Positions 16,000 to 25,364 are shown, counted from the stretch's first letter. The stretch: 50,167 nt of DNA from Chlorobiota bacterium (GCA_013151245.1 JAADIR010000149.1:1-50167); one strand, 5' to 3'. The notes: generated by a model not told the origin, from the letters alone. Numbers and translations: made by a program.

Positions 16000-16295
16000 A
16001 TTTTTATTGAGAGTTGCAGTTCGCCGCCAAATCCTACTTCAACAATTTTTTGTAGAGTAGAAATACGAACTTCTTTGATGTTATTTTCTATTTTAGAAAT
16101 ATACGATTTAGTCGTTCCGCATTTTTCGGCAAGTTCTTCTTGCGTTAATCCCCTTTTCAATCTCGCTTCCTGAATCAACGCTCCTATTTTGAATGCTTCA
16201 TATCCGCTTTCGAGTTTCTCTCTTTTCGGAGTTCCTCTTTTTCCAAAGTGTTCTTCTTTAAATTCTTCAAGAGTTTTTAAATTTTTCTTTTTCAT
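15996..16295 (-). CDS. higA: XRE-family HTH antitoxin (HigA-like)
   Basis: 99 aa. Classic Cro/C1 HTH: LIQEARLKRGLTQEELAEKCGTTKSYISKIENNIKEVRISTLQKIV. It lies immediately downstream of, and overlapping, a RelE/ParE-superfamily toxin gene. Confidence 0.8.
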   Translation of the reverse strand: MKKKNLKTLEEFKEEHFGKRGTPKREKLESGYEAFKIGALIQEARLKRGLTQEELAEKCGTTKSYISKIENNIKEVRISTLQKIVEVGFGGELQLSIKI

Positions 16296-16632
16296 TAAAA
16301 TATTCCTTCTTTATTTTCATCGCCAATTTAATTTCCTTTCGCGGAGTCTTCTTCGTTTTCTTTTGAAAAGAATTAATAATCACTATTATTCTCCCTTCGT
16401 CAAAAAAACAAAAAATTCTGTAAATATTTTTTCCTGTTCGAACTCTAATTTCATAAAGTCCCTCTGTGCTTTCAACGTGTTTGAGAAACGTTTCGGGAAC
16501 GCGTTGTAACTCTTCGATTAGTTGGAAAATCCAAACTATTTTACTTTTAACATTCTCCTCTTGTTTTACAAAAAAATCAGAAAAGTAATTCTTGTAAAAA
16601 ACTATTTTCCGATGTTTCGATTTATCATTCAT
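16267..16632 (-). CDS. higB: Type II toxin, RelE/ParE superfamily (HigB / phage Gp49-like)
   Basis: 121 aa. ...LIEELQRVPETFLKHVESTEGLYEIRVRTGKNIYRIFCFFDEGRIIVIINSFQKKTKKTPRKEI matches the Gp49/HigB-type pattern. The toxin-first gene order is typical of HigBA. Confidence 0.75.
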   Translation of the reverse strand: MNDKSKHRKIVFYKNYFSDFFVKQEENVKSKIVWIFQLIEELQRVPETFLKHVESTEGLYEIRVRTGKNIYRIFCFFDEGRIIVIINSFQKKTKKTPRKEIKLAMKIKKEYFNEKEKFKNS

Positions 16633-16764
16633 AAAACAAATGTAAAAAATGTTGCCCTTTAGTGCAACCGCGAGAGTGTTTTATATTTGCCGAAATGAAT
16701 TCCGCAAAACTGAAATAACGTTTCGCCGATAAGAGCAAGAAAGTTAAATAAGAGAAGTAAAATT

Positions 16765-16825
16765 AGCTCTCTTTGTGAACTTAGCGCATTCTTTGCGACC
16801 GCTGAAAGCGGATTGCGGTTAAAAG
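16765..16825. repeat. CTTTGCG-family short repeat cluster with hairpin
   Basis: ctctttgtgaacttagcgcattctttgcgaCCGCtgaaaGCGGattgcggtt. It has the same CTTTG(C/T)G / CGCAAAG building blocks as 39481-39572. Confidence 0.4.
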
Positions 16826-16861
16826 AGAAATCTCATAGCAATTGAAATGCAGCGCTTTAGT

Positions 16862-17590
16862 TTAAAACTTCTCCAAAAAATAAGGCAGCATTTTCCGCCA
16901 CGTCGGCCAGTCGTGCGGCATATCATATCCCCAAATATCGAGCCAGTGTTTAATTCCTTTTGAATTAAGAATGTCCGACATGCGCCGCGACGCTTCGGGA
17001 TCTTCGTAATCTCCCTGTCCCGAGGCGATAATTATTCCTTTGTTATCTCTCATTTGGTTCAAAAGATGTTCGTCGTTTAGAGCCGGCAAGTAATCAACCG
17101 GCGAGTTGAAATAAACGTGATCGTCGTAATACCCTTTAGTGTAGGCTTTCAAATCATAAACTCCGCTCATAGCAATTGTTCCCCGGATCAAATCGGGGCG
17201 ACGGAGAAAAAGATTCATCGCGTGATAAGCGCCGAGCGACGCGCCGGTTGTAATAATGGGCAGCGGACCCGCGCAATGATTGAAAATAAAAGGAACGACT
17301 TCCGACATAACGTAGTGATTAAACTGTCCGTGCCGCAACGACTTATGCGGCGGATACATCGAGTTGTTCAGCCACGCTTCGTTGTTGATTGAATTGATTG
17401 AAAAAACTTTAAACTTTCCCGAATCGATTATCGGCGCAATCGCGTCAATCATTTGAAAGCGTTCGTATTCAAGATAGTCGGCGGCGGCGGTCGGCAGCAT
17501 CAAAAGAGCCGTTCCGTAATGTCCGTAAACTACGATTTCCATATCTTTGTTAAGCGCCGGACTGCGCCATTTATGTATTTCTCTGTTCAT
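16862..17590 (-). CDS. Alpha/beta-hydrolase, putative esterase family
   Basis: 242 aa. Nucleophile elbow GASLG (GxSxG). The overall pattern ...MEIVVYGHYGTALLMLPT...TTGASLGAYHAMN...AMSGVYD resembles esterase-D/'putative esterase' proteins. Confidence 0.7.
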   Translation of the reverse strand: MNREIHKWRSPALNKDMEIVVYGHYGTALLMLPTAAADYLEYERFQMIDAIAPIIDSGKFKVFSINSINNEAWLNNSMYPPHKSLRHGQFNHYVMSEVVPFIFNHCAGPLPIITTGASLGAYHAMNLFLRRPDLIRGTIAMSGVYDLKAYTKGYYDDHVYFNSPVDYLPALNDEHLLNQMRDNKGIIIASGQGDYEDPEASRRMSDILNSKGIKHWLDIWGYDMPHDWPTWRKMLPYFLEKF

Positions 17591-17722
17591 ATTTACGCTC
17601 TTTAATTCTTTTATTAGTCTTTTGCAAAATACAAAAATTTTCTTCGAAAAATATTTTGTCTTTTTTGAAAGATATAATCGAACTATTTTTTATATTTAAT
17701 GTTTGACTCGGAATAATTTAAA

Positions 17723-19738
17723 ATGAATAAATTTCAACTCGAATCCAATTATCAGCCCTCCGGCGATCAGCCTCAGGCAATTAAAGAACTTGTGGAAGGA
17801 ATCAAGCGAGGCGACAAGCATCAAACGCTTCTCGGCGTAACCGGCTCAGGGAAAACGTTTACCATTTCAAACGTTATTAAAGAGATCAACAAACCAACGC
17901 TGATTATTTCGCACAATAAAACGCTTGCCGCGCAGCTTTACGCCGAGTTCAAATCTTTTTTTCCGAACAACGCGGTGGAATTTTTTATCAGTTATTACGA
18001 TTATTATCAGCCGGAAGCCTACGTTGTAAAAAAAGACCTTTACATCGAAAAGGATTTTTCCGTAAACGAAGAGATCGACAGACTGCGGCTTAAAGCGACC
18101 ACGTCTTTAATTGAAGGACGAAACGACGTGATAATTGTTGCAAGCGTAAGTTGTATCTATGGAATAGGAGCGCCGGACGAATATGCGAAACAGATCATGT
18201 TTCTAAAAAAAGGCGCGGAAATCTCCAGAAAAAAACTTTTGCGGCAGCTTGTTGAAATTTATTATACCCGTAATGACGTTGATTTTACGCGCGGAACATT
18301 CCGCGCGCGCGGAGACGTGGTTGAAATTATCCCCGCTTACCAATATGAAGAAGCCGTGCGAATTGAGTTTTGGGGCGACGAAATCGAGCGGCTTTCAATC
18401 ATAGATTCGTTAACGGGAGAGATACTTCAAGAAGTCGATTCGGTTCCGATTTATCCGGCAAAATATTTTGTGACTACAAAAGAGCAAACGATGCGCGCCG
18501 TGAAAACAATTGAGGAGGAATTAAAAGAGCGGCTGAAATATTTTTGGGCTGAAGAAAAATACGTCGAAGCTCAGCGGCTTGAACAGCGTACGCGTTATGA
18601 CATTGAAATGATAAAGGAAATTGGATATTGCTCCGGAATTGAAAATTATTCACGGCACATGGACGCCCGCCCGCCGGGCTCGCGTCCCGCGTGTCTGTTT
18701 GATTATTTTCCGAAAGATTTTCTTTTGGTGATTGACGAATCGCACGTTACCGTTTCGCAGGTGCGGGGCATGTATAACGGCGACCGCTCGCGCAAAGAGG
18801 TTCTCGTCGAGCACGGCTTCCGTCTTCCGTCGGCGCTTGATAACCGTCCGTTAAAGTTTGAAGAGTTTCAAGCGCTTACGAACCAAGTGATTTATGTCAG
18901 CGCGACGCCGAGCGATTATGAATTGGAAAAAAGCAAAGGCGTAATAGTCGAACAGATAATTCGCCCCACCGGACTGCTCGATCCGGAAATTGAAGTGCGT
19001 CCTATCAAAGGTCAAATTGACGACTTGATCGGCGAAATAAAAATTCGCATCGAGAAAAAAGAGCGCGTTCTCGTTACTACTCTGACAAAAAAGATGGCGG
19101 AAGATCTATCCGATTATCTCGACAAACTTGCCATAAAAGTTCGCTACATCCACAGCGACATCGACGCGCTGGAAAGAGTGGAAATAATCCGCGATTTGCG
19201 CATCGGTGATTTTGACGTTCTTGTCGGCGTAAACCTTTTGCGCGAAGGATTGGATTTGCCCGAAGTTTCTCTCGTTGCAATAATTGACGCGGACAAAGAA
19301 GGCTTTCTCCGCAGCGAACGCTCGCTGATGCAGACCGCGGGAAGAACCGCGCGAAACGTTGAGGGAAAAGTAATTATGTACGCCGACCGCGTTACAAAAT
19401 CAATGAAGAAAACTATCGATGAAACAAACCGCAGACGCAAAATACAAATGGAATATAACAGAGAACACAGTATAGAGCCAAAAACAATCTACAAAAGCCG
19501 CGAAGAAATTCTATCGTCAACTTCCATTGCAGACGTCCGGAAAAAAGAAAATGAAAGAGAAGAATCTTACTTTATGAAAGCCGCCGAACCGGTAATAAAA
19601 TATATGTCCAAAGAACAGAAAGAAGATCTGCTTGAGCAAATGACCGAAGAAATGCTGAAAGCCGCAAAGGACTTGGAGTTTGAAAGAGCGGCTATGCTGC
19701 GCGACGAAATTGAGAAAATGAAAAAGCTGATCAAATAA
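17723..19738 (+). CDS. uvrB: Excinuclease ABC subunit B
   Basis: 671 aa. Walker [11 protein letters not shown], beta-hairpin region [14 protein letters not shown] box, helicase motif [11 protein letters not shown], and a C-terminal UVR domain [13 protein letters not shown]. Confidence 0.97.
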   Translation: MNKFQLESNYQPSGDQPQAIKELVEGIKRGDKHQTLLGVTGSGKTFTISNVIKEINKPTLIISHNKTLAAQLYAEFKSFFPNNAVEFFISYYDYYQPEAYVVKKDLYIEKDFSVNEEIDRLRLKATTSLIEGRNDVIIVASVSCIYGIGAPDEYAKQIMFLKKGAEISRKKLLRQLVEIYYTRNDVDFTRGTFRARGDVVEIIPAYQYEEAVRIEFWGDEIERLSIIDSLTGEILQEVDSVPIYPAKYFVTTKEQTMRAVKTIEEELKERLKYFWAEEKYVEAQRLEQRTRYDIEMIKEIGYCSGIENYSRHMDARPPGSRPACLFDYFPKDFLLVIDESHVTVSQVRGMYNGDRSRKEVLVEHGFRLPSALDNRPLKFEEFQALTNQVIYVSATPSDYELEKSKGVIVEQIIRPTGLLDPEIEVRPIKGQIDDLIGEIKIRIEKKERVLVTTLTKKMAEDLSDYLDKLAIKVRYIHSDIDALERVEIIRDLRIGDFDVLVGVNLLREGLDLPEVSLVAIIDADKEGFLRSERSLMQTAGRTARNVEGKVIMYADRVTKSMKKTIDETNRRRKIQMEYNREHSIEPKTIYKSREEILSSTSIADVRKKENEREESYFMKAAEPVIKYMSKEQKEDLLEQMTEEMLKAAKDLEFERAAMLRDEIEKMKKLIK

Positions 19739-19786
19739 TTTATTCCGCTCAAAATGCGGCTGAATTCTAATAATAACAGCATTATT

Positions 19787-19900
19787 GGACTAAAGCCGCT
19801 ATCATTTTTGTTTTATATGCGCCGTTTCCTGAAGGCAACGACAATTGCCGTCGCTTAAAAGCGGCGGTAAAAAAATAATAGACAAAAACTGCTTTAGCCC
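19787..19900. repeat. MITE-like palindromic element (~114 bp)
   Basis: The ends GGACTAAAGC (19787-19796) and GCTTTAGCCC (19891-19900) are inverted repeats with one mismatch. The interior has hairpins ggcaa-cgacaa-ttgcc and gcgccg...cggcgg. It is noncoding. Confidence 0.35.
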
Positions 19901-20181
19901 AAAATCTATGTTTTAAAATTACTGTATTCTTTAGAACTCAGTCCCAAATGTTAAACTATTTCTTCTTAAACTTTAAGAATTATAAAACTAAAAAACCCGG
20001 ACGTTTTAATTATCACATGTGACCGGAAGCATATTTTGTTCCGGCGCGAATATTTATTATGGTTTTGTGTTTTTAGGGAATATCAAATATCATTGTTTGA
20101 AACCATTGTGAGCCAATTATTTAAACTTTAACAATTAAATCAAATCTTAAAAATCCCAACCATTATTTACAGGAGAAACAG

Positions 20182-21375
20182 ATGAAACGTTTAACAATTA
20201 CTTTATTTTTCTTATTGGCTTTCGCAATCTCTATTTCCGCTCAAACGCCGCAGACAATCTCCTTCCAAGGAGTAGCGACCGATAATAGCGGCTCGAACCT
20301 TCCCGATGGGGATTATATGATGATATTCAAGCTATACAATGCCGTAACGGGAGGAAGTTCAATATGGAGCGAAACTCAAAACGTAACCGTATCCGGCGGC
20401 GTGTTCAGCGTTATATTGGGTTCAATAGACCCGATTACGCTCCCTTTCGACGAACAATATTGGCTCGGCGTAAAAATTGAAAGCGATTCAGAACTCGAGC
20501 CGAGAATTCAATTAACTTCTTCGCCTTATTCTTTTTCGGCGGGGACGGTCGAAGACGGCGCAATTACGGAAAATAAAATTGAGGACGGAGCCGTAACGCA
20601 GGCAAAACTTGCCGCGGGAATAACCGCCGTTCCAAGCGGGACGGCTAACGGAGATTTGAGCGGAAGTTATCCCAATCCCACGGTCGCCGGTTTGCAAAGC
20701 AAACCTCTTTCTTCTTCAACGCCGCTTGCCGGAGAAGTCTTAAAATTTGACGGAACTCAATGGGCGCCCGGAACTGATAACGCCGGCGGCGGATCTCTTT
20801 GGAGCGCAAACGGTTCAAATTTGTATTATAACGACGGAAACGTCGGAATCGGAACCAATAATCCAATGGGAGGCTTGGATATTTACAGTTCGGTTTTGCC
20901 CGCTCTCAGATTGTCAGGATTCCCTGGCAGTAGCGCATGGGAAATTCTTATAAACGCAAACGGATTAACTTTTTATAGAGAAAGCGTCGGCGGGCATGAT
21001 TTAGTAATTACAAACGACGGCGCCGTGAAAGTTCAAAACAACGATCTTATTGTAAAACACGAAATTCAAAGAACTTCCACCGGCGATGCAAATTTGGTGC
21101 CTATTGCATACGGTACAATTGGTTCGGACGGAACAATTTATGATGGATCGACTGATAATTTTAGCGTTTCACATGTTTCAACGGGAGATTTTTTAATTTC
21201 AATTGTTGGATACACTTATTATTATGCAGACTTTGTTACGGTAGCGACAATAACTAGCGTAAATCCGGGATTTATTTCAACCGATAGCGTTTCGGGAAAA
21301 TTAAAGATTCGTATTTGGAACGCTTCGGGAGTAACTGCCGACAATGTTTTTTCTTTTGTCGTTTACAAAAAATAA
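20182..21375 (+). CDS. Secreted protein of unknown function (tail-fibre-like repeats)
   Basis: 397 aa. SD aggag lies 7 nt upstream. Signal peptide MKRLTITLFFLLAFAISISAQ. Motifs ISFQGVATDNSG, DGAITENKIEDGAVTQAKLAAG and GSYPNPTVAGLQSKPL...GEVLKFDGTQWAPG. No enzymatic motif. Confidence 0.7.
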   Translation: MKRLTITLFFLLAFAISISAQTPQTISFQGVATDNSGSNLPDGDYMMIFKLYNAVTGGSSIWSETQNVTVSGGVFSVILGSIDPITLPFDEQYWLGVKIESDSELEPRIQLTSSPYSFSAGTVEDGAITENKIEDGAVTQAKLAAGITAVPSGTANGDLSGSYPNPTVAGLQSKPLSSSTPLAGEVLKFDGTQWAPGTDNAGGGSLWSANGSNLYYNDGNVGIGTNNPMGGLDIYSSVLPALRLSGFPGSSAWEILINANGLTFYRESVGGHDLVITNDGAVKVQNNDLIVKHEIQRTSTGDANLVPIAYGTIGSDGTIYDGSTDNFSVSHVSTGDFLISIVGYTYYYADFVTVATITSVNPGFISTDSVSGKLKIRIWNASGVTADNVFSFVVYKK

Positions 21376-21438
21376 CGCTTTTTGTTTTTTGAGGAAAATA
21401 TTTTAAAAATCTTAGATAAACTAAAAAGCGGAGAAATT

Positions 21439-21969
21439 ATGAAACATTTTATAAATAAGACAATTTTATTATTCGTTCTTTCCATTGGAATGAATAATAT
21501 TTTTGCGCAAGCGCAGATATCGTCAAAAGTTATTTCCAACGGCGGCTCGGCAATGCAGAGCGCAAATTACGGAATGACCGCGACCGTCGGACAAGCGGCA
21601 ATAGGTAAATCGACAAGCGCAAATTACATTGCAAACGTCGGCTTCTGGTATCTGATTGATCATAACGTTACGGGAATTGACGATAAAGAATCTAACGACT
21701 TGCCGGATGAATTTAAACTCGAGCAGAATTATCCGAATCCTTTCAATCCGAGTACCACAATTAAATTTTCGTTGAAAGAAAACGCTTTTACGGAAATAAA
21801 AATATACGACATTCTCGGAGCGGAAGTCGCAAGTTTGATTAGCAAGAATTTAACCGCCGGACGTTACGAAGTAGTCTTTAACGCCAACAGTCTGGCGAGC
21901 GGAATTTACATTTACCGTATTACCGCAGGGAAATTCACGGACGTGAAAAAGATGAATTTGCTTAAATAG
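21439..21969 (+). CDS. Small secreted protein with T9SS C-terminal sorting domain
   Basis: I chose ATG 21439 (SD gcggag upstream) over the TTG at 21382. Signal peptide MKHFINKTILLFVLSIGMNNIFAQ. C-terminus NYPNPFNPSTTIKFSL...IKIYDILGAEVASL...GIYIYRITAGKFTDVKKMNLLK. Confidence 0.75.
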   Translation: MKHFINKTILLFVLSIGMNNIFAQAQISSKVISNGGSAMQSANYGMTATVGQAAIGKSTSANYIANVGFWYLIDHNVTGIDDKESNDLPDEFKLEQNYPNPFNPSTTIKFSLKENAFTEIKIYDILGAEVASLISKNLTAGRYEVVFNANSLASGIYIYRITAGKFTDVKKMNLLK

Positions 21970-21996
21970 CGTCAAATGATCGGCGAACGATTGACA

Positions 21997-22029
21997 AAGC
22001 CCGGTTTTTTAATCGGGCTTTTTTATTTT
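21997..22029 (+). terminator. Rho-independent terminator for 21439-21969. It overlaps the last codons of the convergent gene.
   Basis: AAGCCCG-gttttttaat-CGGGCTT followed by ttttatttt. It is a 7-bp GC-rich stem plus a T-run. Confidence 0.6.
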
Positions 22030-23565
22030 GCTCATCGCCCTTTCAGTCAGTGCAGTTATGGTTAGCGACGGGTTAACGCCCGGATTTGCAGATATCATCG
22101 AGCCGTCGCAGACATACATATTATCGTATCCGAAGACTTTGTTGTTTTTGTCAATCACTCCTTCCGCTTTATCTTTTCCCATGCACGCGCCGCCGAGAAT
22201 GTGCGCGGTTGTAGGAATTCCCATAACCGTTTCCGAAAGGAGCGCTTCGGTAACGCCGTTTACTTCTGCGGCAAATTTGTCGGCTAATGTGCGGGCTTCG
22301 GGGATGAACGCCGTGGGAGCTTTTCCGGCGTCAATCTTTGTTTTCATGCGGAATAATCCTTTGTCGAACCGGAGCGTTGTGTCGATAGTCTGCATAAAAA
22401 GAAGTATCTGTGTTTTCTTCGCCCAATCTTTCACAAAATAAAGTTTACTCCATTTTTTAGGATGTCGGACTAATTGGTAAAAAACTTTCAGAAAACGGGT
22501 TGCCCAATTTTTTCCGTCCAGCATGGGAGCCATCATAAGTCTCCAGAATCCGGAGCCTGAAGGATAACGCACCGGTTCGAGATGGCTGTAATCGTCCGTG
22601 TGAAGAATAGAACTTATCGCAATTCCGTCGGAAAAAACCGATTCTTTCTGCGGAGCCGTAACGCCGAGCAGACTTTCGGAATTTGTGCGAACTCCTTTTC
22701 CCGCCGATTCGGAAAGATTCGGAAGGGAAGAATTCTTCAATTTAAGAAGCAGCGGAATCGTTCCGAGAACGCCGCCGGAAAAAACGACGCCCTTTGTTTT
22801 GAATTCGCCTTTATGCTTGAAAATTTTCGTGGATGATTTCCATTTTACTTTGTAACCCTTTTCCCCATTTTCGTCAATAGGAATTACGTCGTAAACTTCC
22901 GACTCGGAAATAATTTCCGCGCCTTTTTTCCGCGCAAGAAAAAGGTAATTTTTATCGAGCGTATTTTTAGCGTTGTATCGGCAGCCAATCATGCACGCGC
23001 CGCAGAAGTTGCAGCCGGAACGTTCCGGTCCCTCGCCGTTGAAATAAGGGTCGGGAACTACTTTGTCCGGCTTGCCGAAAAAGACGGCGACGTCCGTCAA
23101 TTCAAAATCTTTTTCCTGCCCGATCTCTTTGGCGATTTTTTGAAGAACGTAATCGCCGTTTTCCATTCTCGGATTTTTCGCCACGCCAAGCATACGTTTT
23201 GCCGTTTCGTAATGCGGCGCAAGTTCCGTTTTCCAATCGGCAAGATGCGACCATGATTTTGATTCGAAGAATTGTTTTTTTGGCACGGGAAGAGTATTTG
23301 CGTAAACCAGCGAACCGCCGCCTACGCCAACGCCGGAAAGAATTGTTACGTGTCTGTAAAAAGTCAATTTGAAAAATCCGAAAAACCTCATTGTTGGAAA
23401 CCAGAACCATCGTTTCAAATTCCAATTTGATTTCGGGAAATCTTCCGGTTTGTATTCTTTCCCCTTTTCAATAACGAGAACTTTGTAACCCTTTTCGGTC
23501 AATCTGAGAGCGGAAACAGAACCTCCGAATCCGCTGCCGATAATAATGAAATCGTAAGTTTTGAT
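22009..23565 (-). CDS. GMC-family FAD oxidoreductase (cholesterol-oxidase-like); proposed non-canonical ATC start
   Basis: C-terminal GMC signature ...HILGGACMG...VCDGSMISANPGVNPSLTITALTERA. The Rossmann motif DFIIIGSGFGGSVSALRLTEKGYKVLVIEKG is in frame but begins upstream of the first canonical start (TTG 23502). In-frame TAA TAA lie at 23583-23578. The only plausible initiator is ATC 23565-23563, with GGAG 5 nt upstream. Confidence 0.75.
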   Translation of the reverse strand: MKTYDFIIIGSGFGGSVSALRLTEKGYKVLVIEKGKEYKPEDFPKSNWNLKRWFWFPTMRFFGFFKLTFYRHVTILSGVGVGGGSLVYANTLPVPKKQFFESKSWSHLADWKTELAPHYETAKRMLGVAKNPRMENGDYVLQKIAKEIGQEKDFELTDVAVFFGKPDKVVPDPYFNGEGPERSGCNFCGACMIGCRYNAKNTLDKNYLFLARKKGAEIISESEVYDVIPIDENGEKGYKVKWKSSTKIFKHKGEFKTKGVVFSGGVLGTIPLLLKLKNSSLPNLSESAGKGVRTNSESLLGVTAPQKESVFSDGIAISSILHTDDYSHLEPVRYPSGSGFWRLMMAPMLDGKNWATRFLKVFYQLVRHPKKWSKLYFVKDWAKKTQILLFMQTIDTTLRFDKGLFRMKTKIDAGKAPTAFIPEARTLADKFAAEVNGVTEALLSETVMGIPTTAHILGGACMGKDKAEGVIDKNNKVFGYDNMYVCDGSMISANPGVNPSLTITALTERAMSKIKKPD

Positions 23566-23971
23566 AGCCGCTCCGAATTATTATATAGCGAGAAGAAAAT
23601 ATGTAATATAGTGGTTTAGTGTGATCGTAATCATCGCCGTTCAAACTTTTTACAAAAATAAAGAAACTATTTTGCGAATCAAAATCATAAAAGCCCGCGT
23701 GAATTGCCTCTTTTAATTTCTTTATTCTTTCTTCAATAAAGGAAATATTTCCGGTTAGTCATGGGGAAAAGCTTAGTATTAAAACGTTGGACGAATGGCG
23801 ATTTCGCGCAATTTGATTTATTTTTTTTGTATTTCTTTAATGCTTTGTGGATAAAGGGATAGAATGTAAATCATAACAAAAAAAATGTTTTTGGATTTCA
23901 AATACCACCTTCGTATCTTTTTATATTATTTAAATGGTTTTTCTTCAATTAACAATATTAGAGGTGCACCA

Positions 23972-25345
23972 ATGCGAAAGTTAGCGCTCCTTGTTTTAGT
24001 TTTATCGATTTTTTCTTTTTCCCAAATTGCTGCGCAGACTCATAACCACGCGGAAGATATTGAAGGTCCGTTTGATTCTCCGCAGGAAGTAACGGAAACA
24101 TGTTTAGCTTGCCACGACGACGTTGGAAGCGATTTTATGCATACGCGTCATTGGAACTGGATAGGAGAATCTGAAAATTCGCTCGGCAAAAAGAATATGA
24201 TTAATAATTATTGTATTTCAATTCAATCAAACTGGCCGCGGTGCACTAGTTGTCATGCGGGTTACGGCTGGAAAGACTCTACATTCGATTTCACAAACGA
24301 GAACAATATTGATTGTTTAATTTGCCACGATCAAACCGGCACGTACAAAAAAATTCCCACCGGAGCCGGTATGCCGGATACATCGGTTGATTTGGTAAAA
24401 GTAGCGCAGAGCGTCGGGCGTCCGACGCGCCACAACTGCGGCATTTGCCATTTTGACGGCGGCGGCGGGTCGGGCGTTAAGCACGGCGATATGGACGATT
24501 CGATGTACGATCCCGGACCGGAACTCGACGTTCACATGGGGAAACTCGATTTTCAATGCACGGTTTGCCACGAAACGGAAAAACATAAAATCTCCGGCGC
24601 CGGGCAAGGTTCAATGGCGGAAGGCGTTAATCACTTTTCATGCGAGGACTGCCACGATGCGGATCCGCACGACAAAGCGATATTGAACAAACATACGAAA
24701 ACCATTGCTTGCGAAACTTGCCATATTCCCGAATTCGCAAGAGAAGAGCCCACGAAGATGTGGTGGGATTGGTCGAAAGCCGGAGAGGACAGAACGCCTA
24801 AAATTGACAAATACGGAAAACCCGATTATCATAAGAAAAAAGGGGAATTTATTTGGGAAGCAAACGTAATTCCCGATTATGAATGGTACGACGGAAAAAC
24901 CGATTATTACAGAATGGGCGAAAAACTTGATCCCAACGAACCGCTGGTCTTCAATAAATTGGAAGGTTCAATCACGGATCCCAATTCTAAAATCACGCCG
25001 TTCAAAGCGATGAGAGGAAAACAGCCGTTTGATCCGGTTAACAATTATCTGATTATTCCGCATCTTTTCGGTAAAGACGGATATTGGAAAACATTCGATT
25101 GGAAGCAGGCTTCCGAAATCGGAATGAAAGCCGCGGGACTAAAGTTTTCGGGCGAGGTCGGTTTTATCGAAACAAAAATGTACTGGCCGATCAATCACAT
25201 GGTTGCGCTGGCGGACGACGCGCTTAAATGCACGGAATGTCACGGCGTAACGGGCAAAAAACGTCTCGATTGGAAAAAGCTCGGTTACAAAGAAGACCCG
25301 ATGAAGAGCGGCGGCAGATTTAAGAATCACATTGTAGAGGAATAA
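23972..25345 (+). CDS. Octaheme c-type cytochrome (tetrathionate-reductase OTR-like family)
   Basis: I chose ATG 23972 (signal peptide MRKLALLVLVLSIFSFSQIAAQ; SD agaggtg). There are eight CxxCH motifs: CLACH, CTSCH, CLICH, CGICH, CTVCH, CEDCH, CETCH, CTECH. Confidence 0.88.
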   Translation: MRKLALLVLVLSIFSFSQIAAQTHNHAEDIEGPFDSPQEVTETCLACHDDVGSDFMHTRHWNWIGESENSLGKKNMINNYCISIQSNWPRCTSCHAGYGWKDSTFDFTNENNIDCLICHDQTGTYKKIPTGAGMPDTSVDLVKVAQSVGRPTRHNCGICHFDGGGGSGVKHGDMDDSMYDPGPELDVHMGKLDFQCTVCHETEKHKISGAGQGSMAEGVNHFSCEDCHDADPHDKAILNKHTKTIACETCHIPEFAREEPTKMWWDWSKAGEDRTPKIDKYGKPDYHKKKGEFIWEANVIPDYEWYDGKTDYYRMGEKLDPNEPLVFNKLEGSITDPNSKITPFKAMRGKQPFDPVNNYLIIPHLFGKDGYWKTFDWKQASEIGMKAAGLKFSGEVGFIETKMYWPINHMVALADDALKCTECHGVTGKKRLDWKKLGYKEDPMKSGGRFKNHIVEE

Positions 25346-25364
25346 ATTTTTCTTTCCTAAACCG

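Noticed and set aside
23846-23854. Perfect DnaA-box consensus TGTGGATAA upstream of the cytochrome gene
   Set aside because: It is a single isolated box. I found no cluster of boxes, no adjacent AT-rich unwinding element with 13-mer-like repeats, and no dnaA gene nearby. One 9-mer is not evidence for an origin.
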